Source: Raillietiella orientalis (Eukaryota). From it: DNA of 64,000 nucleotides. A model generated the notes under the pieces. The model did no database searches. It saw only the letters and a program-made list of their open reading frames with translations, and was not told the DNA's origin. Where the stretch lies: positions 3,162,001 to 3,226,000 of the forward strand of contig JAYWIR010000011.1 of the NCBI GenBank assembly GCA_036172245.1. The letters run 5' to 3'. The translations under genes were made by a program, and so were the position numbers. This document shows, piece by piece, positions 23,301-41,090 of the stretch (positions are counted from its first letter, which is position 1; every line of letters starts with the position of its first letter).

Positions 23301-26300
23301 AGCCTATTTACATAGTCAACTGGATAATTGGGCAATTTTGCAGTCCTTATGGTAGCAAATATGAGCTGTTTTCATATTTGTGACATTAATTAAATCTATC
23401 AGTGCTTAGCTGTTGCTGTAAATTTCTTTAATATTGTTCAAATGCTGACTTAGTAATGGGTTTAAAATAATACTGACTCACAGAACCTCCACTTTTGTTT
23501 GTTATTGGAAAATGAATTCATGTAATCAGCAAGCATAATTTATTCTTTTCAGCTGCTAATTGCACTTATAGTGCCAAGCTTAAAGGCCGTGATCTGTTTG
23601 ATTGCCAAATTTTCATGAATTGCTGCATTGGTTTTTGTGCTTAGGATATCAAGTTCTAGGGACACTTTAATGCATATACACCTAGTATTGCAAGTTATGG
23701 CTTGCCTTTTGCTTTGATCTACAGTACATCTGAATACTTTTACATCATTTCATACGGATTTTTAAATGGTATTTAAAGATTAGTGGCTTCAGTTTTTTCT
23801 TCTTATGGGAAAGTCTTTTAGTTTAGCATCCCAACTTATCTATTTCATTGTTCATCCCACTGGATATTAGAACTACTAATCTTAGTTGTATATTTTATCC
23901 CTTTTACTTGTTTCGAATTATGATTTACCAAAAGTATTATAGAATTGTAAATGCCACTAACAGTAATTAGCAATTTATTTTAGCTGATATAACCTTGTCA
24001 AGAGTTTTAAGTGATAAATTGTTTGTTGCTTTGTGCATAACTAGTGCTTCCTGTGTTTTTGTTTTAGACACTCCAGTAACAAATTTTACAGTATCAAAAC
24101 CTGAATATTTTTTCTATATTTGATTTGAGGAGCACAAAGATTTGCAATAGTATGCAGGTTTCAAAGTTAACCAAATAACTGGTACAGTTAGTGCATTACC
24201 GTGTTTTGCATGTGTTAGCTAGCATTATGTTAATTTCATTTCATGAAAAGATTAGGCTAATATTTGTAGATGTACTGGCTTACTGATTTTAATATGTCTA
24301 TTTCCAAAAAATTTTAAATATATTAATTTTTCTTTTTGAATATCTTTAATTCTTTTGTTCAACTTCACATAAGTTTTGAATACTTCATTAGTAATCTTCA
24401 TTTGGTGTTAGATTTTACAGTGTACTATTGATTGTTAATTCAAACATGCATCAAATTCTTGAAATTGTATGTCATAGCATATTGAAATCCTTGGAGGTTG
24501 AAAGTTCTGTGAGTGGCATGTTCTAGTTTTCATGATTCTTTTCTAAGGTATTTGCTTTTAGAATGAGATGTGTTCCATCTAATAAAACAGTAATACAATG
24601 CTTATCACATAAGACTTAGTAATAGACATGATTTCATGTGTATTTCATACAGCTACCAGTTGTAACAATGATCTATGATCCAATAGTATTTCTGCAATGA
24701 TTTTTCGTAATATTTCTGTATAATTTTCTTGTTTTAAGTTTGCCAACGTAGTGTTGATTGATCATTAATAATAAATGTTGATAGTAATTCAGATATAAAA
24801 ATGGCTGCTGGCCATTGTTTAAGTATATAATCAAATAATTACCATCTAGATAGGAGCGACTATAATTCAATCATGTATGAAGGAAAAAAGTGTTTGGGAT
24901 TTTTCTATTAAAATTGTTTTTGAATTAGTTATGCATTCAGAAGAGAGCCATTGAACAGTGTTGTAATCATGTGATGTGTTTTAGCTGTTATCAACTGAAG
25001 ATAATCATTCAGCTTTTTACATAATAAATATGAAATTACATGGTTAATTGTAACAATCGGAATTTAGGGCAGATTTGTCTGCAGAAATAATTTGTCAAAA
25101 TTGACCTAGATTTCATTGAAGTTGTGAAACATTACATTGTAAATTGAAATCAGTTTTATGCAGATTATGAACTGAAGTTGTGATTCAATTTCTTACTGTC
25201 GTATTAATTCATCCATGTGATTGGTATCTTCAGAGTACATGATTGAACAAGAATACGTACTTGAGAGGAATGTACACAATGAGTAGGAGCACAGACCTTG
25301 TGCTGACTTATAACAGACTATAACTAATATAAGTTACATAATACCATGCAAAAGCATTTGTATTAGTTGGCAGAAATTGTAGAGAACATGTAATTAAATG
25401 TACAAAACCCTTCATTAAAGTATGAAAGCAATGTTGTAAATGAAGACTGCAAGAATGTTGAGAGGCAGGGCTGTTAACTATACATATGTATCCATAGAAT
25501 GTTGTGAGGATTAAAAATAGATTGGGATAAATCAAAATTTATCCCAATCCCAATTTTTTTGTATTTTTGTTTACTTTGCAGCAAAAAGTATAGATGTACT
25601 AGAATGATACTAAGTGCTTCACCATGCTGGTTATTTGTTTTGTGAACCTGGTATTGCCTGCTTTGATTCACGTGTCTCCATTATTTAATTTGCTAAATAT
25701 GTGAATAATAATTTAACAGTTCCATAGGATTAATTTTAATGACTGAACTATAATTTTTGGGATTGAATTATGGATTTTGATTTATTGCAATATTTTAAAC
25801 TTAAGAACAGTTAAAGATTCACCATATTGCTTATGTCGTGTACATTGAAAATAGTTATGTGTATTGAAAATCAGTGTTTTTTGGACAGCTATAGACACCT
25901 CAATACATCACTTCATTTACTGATTGTTATTTTGACTTCTATCTGTATGATATGTAATTCCCATTACAATATCATGTGTTTGTATAGGATATGCCTCCAT
26001 CTATCAGAGGGTATAAGTAAAATTTCTGCATTTGAAACCACTTGGAAATAAAAACAATGGTCATATACTAGTATTAATTTGATCATCAGTTCTAGTCATG
26101 TTTGAGTTGAATTGATTGTATGCTACTGACAAGTGATTTGTTAAATCTATTATGCATTTTGTGGATACTAATGTGTGCAGTGTTAGGAATTTAGAAATAC
26201 TCTGGATATGCAAGTTTACTTGGAGTATGTTTTATATTGCATGATGTGCTAAAGTTACTTTTTTTACAACTATTAATGCTAAGCAATTTCATTTATGATT

Positions 26301-26571
26301 GTTAAGATATATTGTAGGTTTACTATCAGCATGGCAATGGTTTAACAACTGACTCAGCATTATTGAATCAAGCCTGATACCTGATGGGGATTTTGGACCT
26401 GAAAAAATGCAGCCAGTGACTGTCACTTTCAGATTAGAATAAAAATTTCCAATCACGTATTTTCTAATTTATCATCACGTAAGCTTATGAGCTATGTAAT
26501 TGTTTTGCTTTAAAAGGTGTGTAGATGACTTATTTAGCAGCCAAGTATATTTGAATAATTTCTCTGTGGAG

Positions 26572-31345
<4,774 letters not shown>

Positions 31346-32299
31346 ATTTTCTTTATGACACATACCATAATGTGTCATTGTAGCTACGCCATTGTGAGAA
31401 TATTCACAGTGCAGATTGCCCTTTATGATTTCAAGGTACTTGGCAAAAGAGATGCATTTTTGTAACATCTGTTTTGTAGCACTGTTTACAGTAGCCTCAT
31501 GCATTTGCCTTTGCATTGATGTGTACTAATGTATTTAGTCTTTTCTGGAGTTCTGGGATTTCACTGAACAAATGCCTTTATTCCTGTGCATACGAAATCC
31601 ATTTAGCAGTTAGTTTCCTTTTTTGCTTATTCGGTGCAAAATGATCAGTTTTTTCAGAATTAGGTTTTGAAATTTTATGTGGTCATTTTCCCACGGTTAC
31701 TTTGTACATGTTTTCCCAAACCTGCAGTTCCCGTGCTTTCTCAATCGGGCTTGTCGCTCTGCTCCACTATCATATGAATTTTCGTAAGCTTGGAAGTAAC
31801 GGGGAGGAAGCTTTGGGTTTGTTTCTTTCGGAAGATGCAGTGTTAGCAATCAAATTTGCGATAAGCATTTTTTTTTCTTTTTTTTTTTTTTCCCTTTTTT
31901 CGTAAGTCTATCGTAGTCTCAGAAATGATGCTCAAGAGAGGCTTTTTTTCATTCCACGAAGGCGAATCGGAATGCTGATTTCACAAGCATGTATCAGATA
32001 ACGCGAAGCACGGATTCAGAAACGAAATTTTATCCGTACGATGAACACATGGTCTCTAAATGCTTAAGTTGCGAACAGAATAATCTTATACGTATACTTG
32101 ATTTGGTATTATGGAAGTAATTCTAGTTTTGTTATTTGTATTTGTAGTTCAGAAATAAAATGTTTTCATATATTTAGTCGAATAAAGAAAAGAAAAAAAC
32201 TTCTAAGCGATCTGGCTGGTTGTCCAGTTGTTTTCGGAGCTTTTTAGTTTTGCGTGCCGGCACCATAGACAATCCGTATGTCTGAAGGAAGAGTTGAAG

Positions 32300-34150
32300 A
32301 ATCGGGGCCTGCCCGGGGTTTCAGTAGTGAAGCGAAATGTTTGTGCGTCAGGCGTTTCGCGGCCCTGTAACATTGACGTCCCTCAGTCTCATAAAGCCGC
32401 AGAACAAATCCCCCCCCCCCCTTCCCTCCCCTGTAGCTAGTGGAACATTGTCCGGCGTGGCAAAAGTGAGTGATCCCAGCATCCCCTGAATGCGGATGAG
32501 GCATTTGTTCAACACAGCTCCGGCTCGCGGGAGAGGGAATGAAACCAATCGAGTGGCAATAGCGATCCCGCGCTGCGTTGCGGGCAGACAAATCCCCCTT
32601 CGGGGGGACGGCTGGGTTTGGCCTGCCTTCCCGCTCCCCGTAAAACGAAGCCACTGTGGTTCCGTAAAAGAGTTCTGAATGTTGGAACTCACGAACTGTG
32701 TGTAGCTCCACACAAAGGAGTCACTTCGAGGCGATTTTCTTGGCTACAGAAAGTGAGCACAGCGTTGAAACTGCGTGCGTCCCTCAGGCGTGGCGTTTTT
32801 CTCGAAGTACCCGGGATGCTGCAAGATAGAGGAACCCGCCCTTCGTCTCCTTTTTGCGTTAGTCCTGGATGTCTCTCGGATGAGCACGCAGAAGCGACGT
32901 CCTCTGGCACCGGGGCAGTGAGAGTACTGCCCAGATGTGATTGCGCGGCGCTTGCCACCTCTCTCGGGCATCTTTCGTCGCTTACTGAGTGTGACCCTCT
33001 ACGCAGTGCCCAAAGAGTTTGCCCAGGGATCATCATTGCCACCCCCCCTGCCATCCCTTTTCCTATGCCCCCTTGAATCCAAGAGAGGCACTGAAGGTCG
33101 CCGGAGCTGGCCGAAGGCTGGGGGGACATTCTCTGACTTTGGTGCTTCGCCGCCACCCTGCTTGCCTCTTGTCGGAGCGCCCTCGAGCTGCGTTTCGAAA
33201 ACACGTGGGCGCGAGGGAGGGATCTCACGGCAGCTGTGCGTGGGAAGGGAGGGGAGGCGGTGGAATTCCCCCCTCCCCCTTCCCGCAGTTGCGGGCGGTA
33301 GGATGAGGGGGCAGAGGAAACGTGCATCCGACCTTGGGCTTCGAACCACGTGTCCCCGCCCTGCTCCCCAGTCTTTCTCCGTGTGCTTGTTCGCTTCTTC
33401 TGCGAGTGATAGGGGAGGGCATCCCCGTGAGGGACGTCCGCGGGGAGGGTCCACCGTTCGTCGCCGTCGCGAGGCGAGAGTCCGGCAGAGAACGTGGTGG
33501 CTACGAGCGGTTGCAGTTGGGTGCGCCATGTTTTTCTCCTGGTTGGCTCCGGTACTGCGCTTCTGGCTGCATCGCTTGCTCTCGCGCCCCCTGACGGGCG
33601 AGAGGTCCTTGAGGCATGTTACATGCCTAGATCCTCCCCTCTACCCCTCACGAATCCGACTCCAAGAAGGGGAATTCGGTGGATGGACGCCGCCCCTGCG
33701 GAAGCAGCAGCAGTGGCTCCACCCCGGATCTCCTGGAGGAGGAGGAGGACGCCTGGCTGCTCTCTGGAGCGACGCGTTTGGATTTGGAGGGGCCGCCGCG
33801 CATATGTTTCGCGCTTCTTTCCTCTTTCTTCCTTCTTCCCTCCCAGCGGTGACCTCTATCCAGACACTCCTCATGAAGGAGGGGAGAGAGGATCTGGCGT
33901 ACACAGGCGGTCGATGTCCCCTTCCCGCGGTTTCTTTTTCCCTGCCTCGCCATCCCTTCCAACCTGCCCTCAGGTATGCCGGAAGAGGATCCCATCCAGC
34001 GAACCGAAGGGCTGCGGAAAGCTTCAGCAGCAGACCAGCGGTGTGGTCCGAGGTTCCACCTGCACCTGACCACTCCTTCTTTGCCACCTCCTCCCTTCTT
34101 GCGCAGGGCGCATTCTCGTTCAACCCCCATCTCCCCTCCTTTATTCCCTC
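32300..34150 (+). mobile_element. Decayed L1/Tx1-type ORF2 remnant
   Basis: EFAQGSSLPPPLPSLFLCPLE resembles GxxQGxxLSPxLF. The thumb-like LYPSRIRLQEGEFGG lies downstream. Confidence 0.5.
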
Positions 34151-34699
34151 CATCTGTTGGCCCTAGGACGAGAACGGGTATGAATGGGGTGGGGTGTCCA
34201 CCCCTGCCTCCCGACGTCAACGGTGCCTCCGAGCAAGTGCGGTGGTCCAGATTGCTGCTGCGCTCACTCATGGGATGCCAGATCAACAAACGCTAGTCTC
34301 CTTCCCTCCCGTGGGGAAGGTGGGAAAGGATGCGTACCCCTCCCCACGCTCCCCATCTTCCTTCTGCACAGCATCCAGATGCCAGGTGCTTGCAGAGCGG
34401 CAGCAGCGGAGTCACTGTCGCTCTGCGTCCGTCACGGAGAGATGCTTGGGAGCTCTTCCGGTTCGAATCGGCCACGGCAGGGAACCGCCCTTGCTGGCGG
34501 GAAGGGGCGGAGAGGGGCGCAGGGACAAAGCCTCATCCCCCTCGAGTTCCCAACGTCCGCTTCCTGTCCTCCCAGGTCACGCCGGACGCTGGTGGCAGCA
34601 GGGAGAAGAGCCAACAGCCCAAGGGACTTTCGTCCGGGCGGAGCCTTGCGGCATCGCATCTCGCGTAGCGCCTTTGTCGGGACCTCGTGCGGGTGCGCT

Positions 34700-37290
34700 T
34701 CCATGCCCGGGAAGAGTGAGGAGAACGGTCCAAAGAAGCAAAGTTCCTGCTCTTCCTATTTTGTCTTCACCTGTCCGATTCTTCTGCCAAGGAGCGGCGC
34801 GTGCCCGGAAGGGAGGGAGCGAGCGTTCTTCCCTTGAAACCTTCTCACCCGATGCGCGAGCGGCGTGGTCAAGAGGATGGGGTCCCCCAGGGGCACATGA
34901 GAGTGTGACCCCTGTGGACTTGGTGTCGTCGCCGTAATGGCGGCGGCGGCATCTGGCGCACGCTGCCATTCCCAGTCAGCGACAGCACGCCGTCCGTCCC
35001 GTCGTATTCTGCAGCTGGACCCACCTGGCTCTCTGCGTCACCGCCGGCCGCGGATGGTGCTGCGATTCGATTGCTCGGCGCGCGCCACCTCCTCCGGGCT
35101 TTGCCTCCTGTCTTTTACCACGTCTTCCCGCCCAGCGCGCGCACTGCTTGCCCCGGCTGCTCCCGGAGGGACATCTCGCATCCAGGATCCGTCCTTCCCA
35201 TGCGGCAGGGGAGATCAGATCGCATCGTCCGTCCTGGACTGGCGGCGGGATCGGCCCTCGCCCTGGGGCAACTGGGGCTGCGGCTGACAGGTGCAAGCAC
35301 GGCGTGAGTCCGTGGGGAGTCTTCAGCCAGCCTGCGGCGCACGAGTCTTTGGGTCCTCGGGCAAGGCGGCGCGGCTGTCCTCCCGCCAGCCGGGTGCCCC
35401 GGGATGGAGGCCCATTCCGTCCGGGGGTGGGCGCGCAACCGCTGCAATGCGGCCCTCCCACTCCTGCTCTTGCGGCGCGCGCGACGGCAGAGGGATTGGG
35501 GGGGGGGGGAGGGGGCCACGCCGCTGAAGGAGCGACTCGGAACCCTCGCCGCTGTTTTTCCGGAAGCGCTGCCCCCGTCTCCTGTGCCTTCTTCGGGGAG
35601 GCGGCATCGGGAGCCCTCCTCCCGGCCGGAGCTCCGCGAGCTCGAGAGGGCATCGGCAAAGCCCTGGGCCAGATGGGGCCTGCAAAACGGCGAAGGCACA
35701 CCCGCCTCGGGAGCTAAGGAAGGGGACCCGCGCACCGGAGGGCACATGCGCCTTTGCTCCCTTCCGCGGGACGAAGGGCAGTCGCCTGTGTGCCGCTGCT
35801 GCCGCCGTGGGGGAGGGGGAGGGAGGGCGATAAACTCCCGCGAACCGACGCGTGGGGGTTCCCCCTCGCAGGCAGCCTTCCCGCAGACGCCCCGACAGGG
35901 AGGGTCTGGTGCCTTCCTCCTGGGTTGCGCAAACTGCGGCCCTCCTCCCTGTCAGGGGCGCACAAGATAACCCGGCATCACGCTCCCTCTCTCTTAGCAA
36001 AGTGCGGACCCATGGAGGGCGGTGTTGCGATGGCCTTGGGCCGCTGCCGTCGCCGCCGATGCACGAAGGTCAAGAGGAGGTCGCTGAGGCTGCCGTCGGG
36101 CAAAAGACCGGAGGTCCTTCGCTGCCCATTGAGAGGGTCGGTCGGCCTCTCCTGCTGTCTCCGATGGGTCCGTCCGATGCTCGCCGCGGTGATCCCTCCT
36201 TCGGGTTCCCGGAAAGGCAGGCAAAAAGGGCGGTCTCCTCAACGTCGTTGCACGGCGCGCCAGGTTTGATTTCCATTTCGTTCCCCTCCCCCGACCGTTC
36301 CCCCCGCGCCCACACGCACATGCAAGCTGGACATCTCCGAAATCGTCTTCGGGGTCGGTAGGATCCAACCCCTCGCATCACATGCTCCCTCGCGTTTTGC
36401 GGGCGCACTGTGTACCACCTCCGCTTCCCGATAATAGCGTCCTTGGCAGCAGCTCGGGAAGACCCAGCGATCCTGGGCGACTGCGGCCTGCTTCCCACAG
36501 CGCATCCCAACGCCAACTGTGGGAGCGGGGTGGGGAAAGGAAGAGGGGAGTTCCATCACGTCGTCGCAGGCGCCACCGGCCCCCATCGCCCACTGCCCAG
36601 GGGCAGCGTCACATTCGGCACATGGAGCCGCCACCGCCCATCGTCCGCGATGAGGGCGGCGGCGGGTCGGCATTCTCGCAGCTCCATGCTAACGCCCTTG
36701 CAGTCCCGGGCTGCCCGCTCGCCCCGTCCTCCGTCCTTCAGACGTAAGGATGGCGTCGAGCCGCCGCCCCGTCCGCGGCCCAGAGGGGAGCGTCGCTAAA
36801 GGATGCGTCCACCGAAGGATAGTGGGAAGCCCCTCTCGCCCATGCCACTGGAATGTAACGACGCAGGGAGAGTCTGCAAGCTCCGTCACGACGACGGCGA
36901 CCCTCCGGGCCTCCCCTGCTGGCTCATCGGTCGCCTCTCGTTTCCCTCCGGCCCTCTGCTGCCTCCGCCGCGGAAGTGAAGGGAAGTGAAGACGCAAGCA
37001 GCCCTGCGCGTCGCCTTCGGTCGAAGTGCGGCGAGCCCAAGCGGAGGGGCGTGGAACCAGAGCGATCCTCGGGGCAATTCCTGATTCTGGGAACAGCCTG
37101 GAAGCAGCGGCGCCTCTCTCTCTCCCCTCCTCACCCCTTCTGCCGCCGCCTTATGCGCTGGCGGTCGGAACTGGGGTTCGGGCGGTCCGCGCCGCCCCTA
37201 TTTAACTCCCTCCTGCTTCCATCCCCCACGAGGTTGGACCCCTTCTATTTCGGGACGACCCTCCTTCCTCCTCTTGTAAAGATGTAATTT
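34700..37290 (+). mobile_element. Decayed L1/Tx1-type ORF2 remnant
   Basis: KEGDPRTGGHMRLCSL (RT domains 1-2), AWGFPLAG, DGLGPLPSP and a CHWN..GES knuckle remnant occur in the expected order. Confidence 0.5.
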
Positions 37291-37366
37291 ATTTATTTTA
37301 GGTAAATAGCACGGCAGCTCGATATAGGAAGTGAATTCCAGGGCATCTATTTGAAAAATCAATAAC

Positions 37367-37624
37367 CAGCAGGCTCTTGTATAACGCGGGAATGCGTTCC
37401 GCGTTATACGAGCCCTGCGGGCTATACGTGGATAAGAAAGATAGTATTTGTAAAAGATAAAAAATGCACTCAACCTACTTAAATCACGTGCTCCTATTTT
37501 TTTTAGAAACAGCCGAACTGAACGCCGTGCCGCAAAATCGAAATTTTCGCGCACCTTAATGCGTTTCGCCGCCATGCATGCACCGCGTTGTACGAACCTG
37601 CCTTAATGCAGGCGTCTGCTGCGT
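37367..37624. mobile_element. Probable Tigger-like MITE
   Basis: Left end CAGCAGGCTCTTGTATAACGCGG; reverse complement of right end CAGCAGACGCCTGCATTAAGGCAGGTTCGTACAACGCGG. Contains the internal inverted repeat GTATAACGCGG..CCGCGTTATAC. It is an AT-richer island in GC-rich DNA. Confidence 0.5.
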
Positions 37625-37749
37625 ACAGTGCAAGGGTGCAGAGGTGAGAGCTGTGGCCACTGCGCCCCGTCTTCGTAGGGAAACGCCGACGAGCGGTTCG
37701 TCCATGAGTGTGGTACGCTTTTGCAGAGGAAAGGGACATCAAATGAGAA

Positions 37750-38700
37750 AAAATAAATAGATGACTAAATAGGGAAGAAGGAAATTGGGATCTCAAGGCA
37801 TGGGTCCGTCCCCACTTCAGCCTGTTCAGCACGACGTCGGCCGTCATGCCCCACTCTGTGACCCAGTTGAAAGCACGTTGTCGTTCCCCGAAAGCGAGGT
37901 GTTTCTGTATCGCGGTGGCTCCCTGGTCGTTGCGCCCTGCCCTCTGTGCCGCACGCGCAGCAACGACGCTGCGATTACTGCAGCCGGAGGGAGTCCACCA
38001 TGCGTGAAGGATCGGCCGAGCAGGAACTTACTGGTTCCTCGTTCCGGGTTATCGGGACGTCGCCGACCCTGTCCACACACGGACGATTCGCTCCGCAATC
38101 CACAAGCGTGTGCGGGAACAATTCCGGTTCCCTGCAATCAGCCTCAGGGAATAGAGGACTGGGGGAAGGGGACCTTCAGGCTGCTCAGAGAGGCGGACAC
38201 GACCCGGAAGATGGTGATTCTCCCCCTTGTGTCCGGCGGTCCTGCCGGGAGGACGTTCTTCGCATTTTCCGGACATTCCACCTGCGGGATTCGAGGTCCC
38301 TTCTTTTTGTCCAGGCACCTCGGTGCACTTCCCTCAGCATGCAGCCCTGCTCTTCGTGCACTGGAGGGTTCCCCAGGAAACCAGCGGGCGAACACTGCCA
38401 GACGAGGAGGGAACACACGTGTCTCCGAACTGCCGAACAGGTGCGAGGAAGTGGGAGTGTTTCCCTCACCTGCCTTGGGATTGAGGTGCTCTCTGGAACG
38501 ATAGGAAATGCCTCGCTGCTGCTCTTCCCGTCCTGAAGACACCCCGAAAGAGCTGCCGAAGCGTTGCTTCCCCAATCGCCCACTGCCGTACTGAGTCAGG
38601 AGGACCGTGGCTGAAGCTGAGCATAGGAGACGCGCCAGTAAGGAGGAAAGGCCACACGCTTCTCCTCCCTGGGTGTGGGATACGTGGCCAAGTGGCTCTG
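37750..38700 (-). mobile_element. Decayed LINE RT N-terminal remnant
   Basis: EPPRYRNTSL followed by DVVLNRLK..SQF resembles NYRPISL..xxRLK..QxGF. Confidence 0.45.
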
Positions 38701-38789
38701 CTTGCAACGAGGAGTGAAGCAGGGCGCCACTTGCATTGCAGCTTGCAGGAGACGCCTTGGATTTGAGCCACGATCCCTTCATCACTCTC

Positions 38790-40500
38790 TTCTTTTTTTT
38801 CCTTTCTTTTAATTTGTAGTTTCTCCCCCCCGTCGACCTTCCCGGTATTTCTGAGTGGACAGCCTGCAAGTGGGTGGCTCATCGGTGAACTTTATATTTC
38901 AAGAAAAGATAAACATCAGTTCTGCAGAGGCTGAGAAAAAGTTCAACAAGGCTCCGGGACGCGACTAAGGCCGACAGATATTTAAGGGACACCCAAGCAC
39001 AAGAAGAGTACGAGCAAACCACAGTGCCCTGCTGCGAGAGATGGATCGCGGAATGTTGCAGGCACGTAGGCACTGATACAGCTTCCGGTAAGGAGCCTCG
39101 GAAGCTCCACCCGTCGGAACAGTCGCGAAGACTGGAAGAACGTGAGGCGCCGCTCAGTTCTCGTCGACCTGTGGCGAGGTGCATGTGAGCTCGCACACCT
39201 CGCCGGCCCTGATGTTACTTTCCACACAGGTTGCCGCGGCAACGGGCGTGGCATCTTGGCTGGACCAAATGAAACGCTCGAGGAAGTAGCGTAGGTAGCA
39301 GAAGCGAGGGGGGGAGGAGGGTATTTCCCAGGAGCTCCGCGAATCCCTCCTCCGATCTCCCGAAGGCTGTTGTCGCGGCAGGGTAGGCGGGATCACCTCC
39401 GTAGTTCGGGATTCTCACTCAGCGGAGGAGAGAAAGATCTTCACCATGTCGCGCCCGGGTAGCACACAGGGAGAAGTCCTCCTCGGCAGGCGAACTCGCC
39501 GGCCGTTCTTGCTCCGCCTGGGTGCAAGCTGACAAAAGTGCGCGGTGAGAACGTCGAACCCGCGACGTGCGGGACAGACGCTCCAGCTGCAGATGCGCGC
39601 CGCCACCGATGCACGAAAGCGAAGCGCCTTGCTATCCATGTGTTTATTCAATCCAAAGTGGCAAGTGTTCCGAACAGTCAGTGGAGGGTCTGCGGCCCCG
39701 TAGTAAAGAACCGCGCCCTCTTCACAACCTCGCAGCGTGGAGGTCGATGCCAGTTTCAAAAACGTCTCGCGAGAGCGCACAGAAGTCTCTGCGGGTCCCA
39801 GGTTCCCGTTTCTGGTTCGGGCAATGTCCCCTATCCCTCTTCAAGTCCGATCCGGTCAGCCAGTCTTTCTAACGCGCGGAGCAGTATCCACTCGCCGAGG
39901 GTGCGTGTGCAGGATCCCTTCTTGCCTTTCCCTTCTCCCTTCGAACTGCAGAGCGGTTGTAACTAAGGCGGGGGCATATCCGGTAATTGGGAGATTCCGT
40001 GTGGCGCTCGGACAAAAAAGGGAGGGAGGGAGGGGAAGCACGTTCCAGAAAGTTTCGGTGGCGAGCTGTCAAGCTCTACAGTTTGAAGGGCTTTTCGCGC
40101 TTGTCTCCCCATTTTCGGGAGCGGCTCTCTACTGCAGCGGAGACTTCGTAGCGGGAAATACCGATGCCAGCAGATTGCCTCCAGCGAAGACAGCATCTTC
40201 CACGTGGGGCAGCAGGAGGCGAGGAAAGGGCTCCAGTGCATCCAGAGACTGCTTTCCTCCAGGGAGAGCCTTCCATGTCTCCGTCGACGGTGGCTTACGA
40301 GCCTGAGAATGCAGAGTCGTCGGTCAGCCTCCCAGAGGTCTCTCATCGCTCCCGCTGAGTAGCGGGAAAGCGCCGCGGCTTAAGGAGTATAGGCGGACGG
40401 GACGCGCTTCTTCGGATGCTGCCGGATCTCCACCGAGGAGACTGTTCCAGGTTGCGGGCAAGACGTATGGAGGCTGGGGCAGTCCCCTTGACGCGCATCC
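38790..40500 (-). mobile_element. 3' fragment of an L1-type LINE with ATTAAA and an A-rich tail
   Basis: ERFIW..TPV and a decayed knuckle at ~39100-39300. The minus-strand end reads aaattaaaagaaaggaaaaaaaagaaga. Confidence 0.5.
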
Positions 40501-40810
40501 CCACGCGCCCTCCACCCCTTGCTGCCGTGAGCGGTAGTCACGGGGAGGCGGTGCGTTCACTGGGGCATTCGCACCGGTAGCCGCTGAAGGGGCATTGGAT
40601 TTCTTGCCTCAATTGTTGGCTGACCACCTGTTCTTTTCGGTCTGGTTTAGTTCTGAGGAGCGCGTGACCGCGCCGTGCTACGAAGGTGGCAGCGAAAGCA
40701 CTGCATGGTGCAGAGAAAGCTTTCTCAGGTGACCCGCGGTTCCGCGGTTGCCTCATGCGACAAGCAGAGGGTCCATTGGCTCCTCTCCCACCCGCAGTTT
40801 GTTAGATTTT

Positions 40811-41055
40811 CACCCGGCCATGCCGGGGCGTTTGCTTAAGAAGAATACACAGTCAAGCTGGGAAGAGCTGTTCCCGAAACAACAAGATCATTAGAGAAGC
40901 AAAAGAAGTTCAAGGGAAGGGTGCACCGAACACGCAGGTCGAGACTTCTAAAAGTCCGGAGCTCAAGCAGGAAGGGGACAAGAAATACATAAAGAAAAGT
41001 GGAGAGTGCGGACAAAGGTCTTTGGTTTGCTTCGTTCCTTCTTGAAAAACCGGGA
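40811..41055 (-). mobile_element. Short 3'-end fragment of Tx1-like subfamily B
   Basis: Reverse complement contains caagaaggaacgaagcaaaccaaagacc (compare 8590-8620) and ends AAACGCCCCGGCATGGCCGGGTG. Confidence 0.75.
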
Positions 41056-41090
41056 AGACATTATTCTTACTACTTGCGTAGGGTGATTCT

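Noticed and set aside
32937..34166. 409-aa ORF as a functional protein
   Set aside because: It contains degenerate RT motifs without an intact YADD, so it is a LINE relic.
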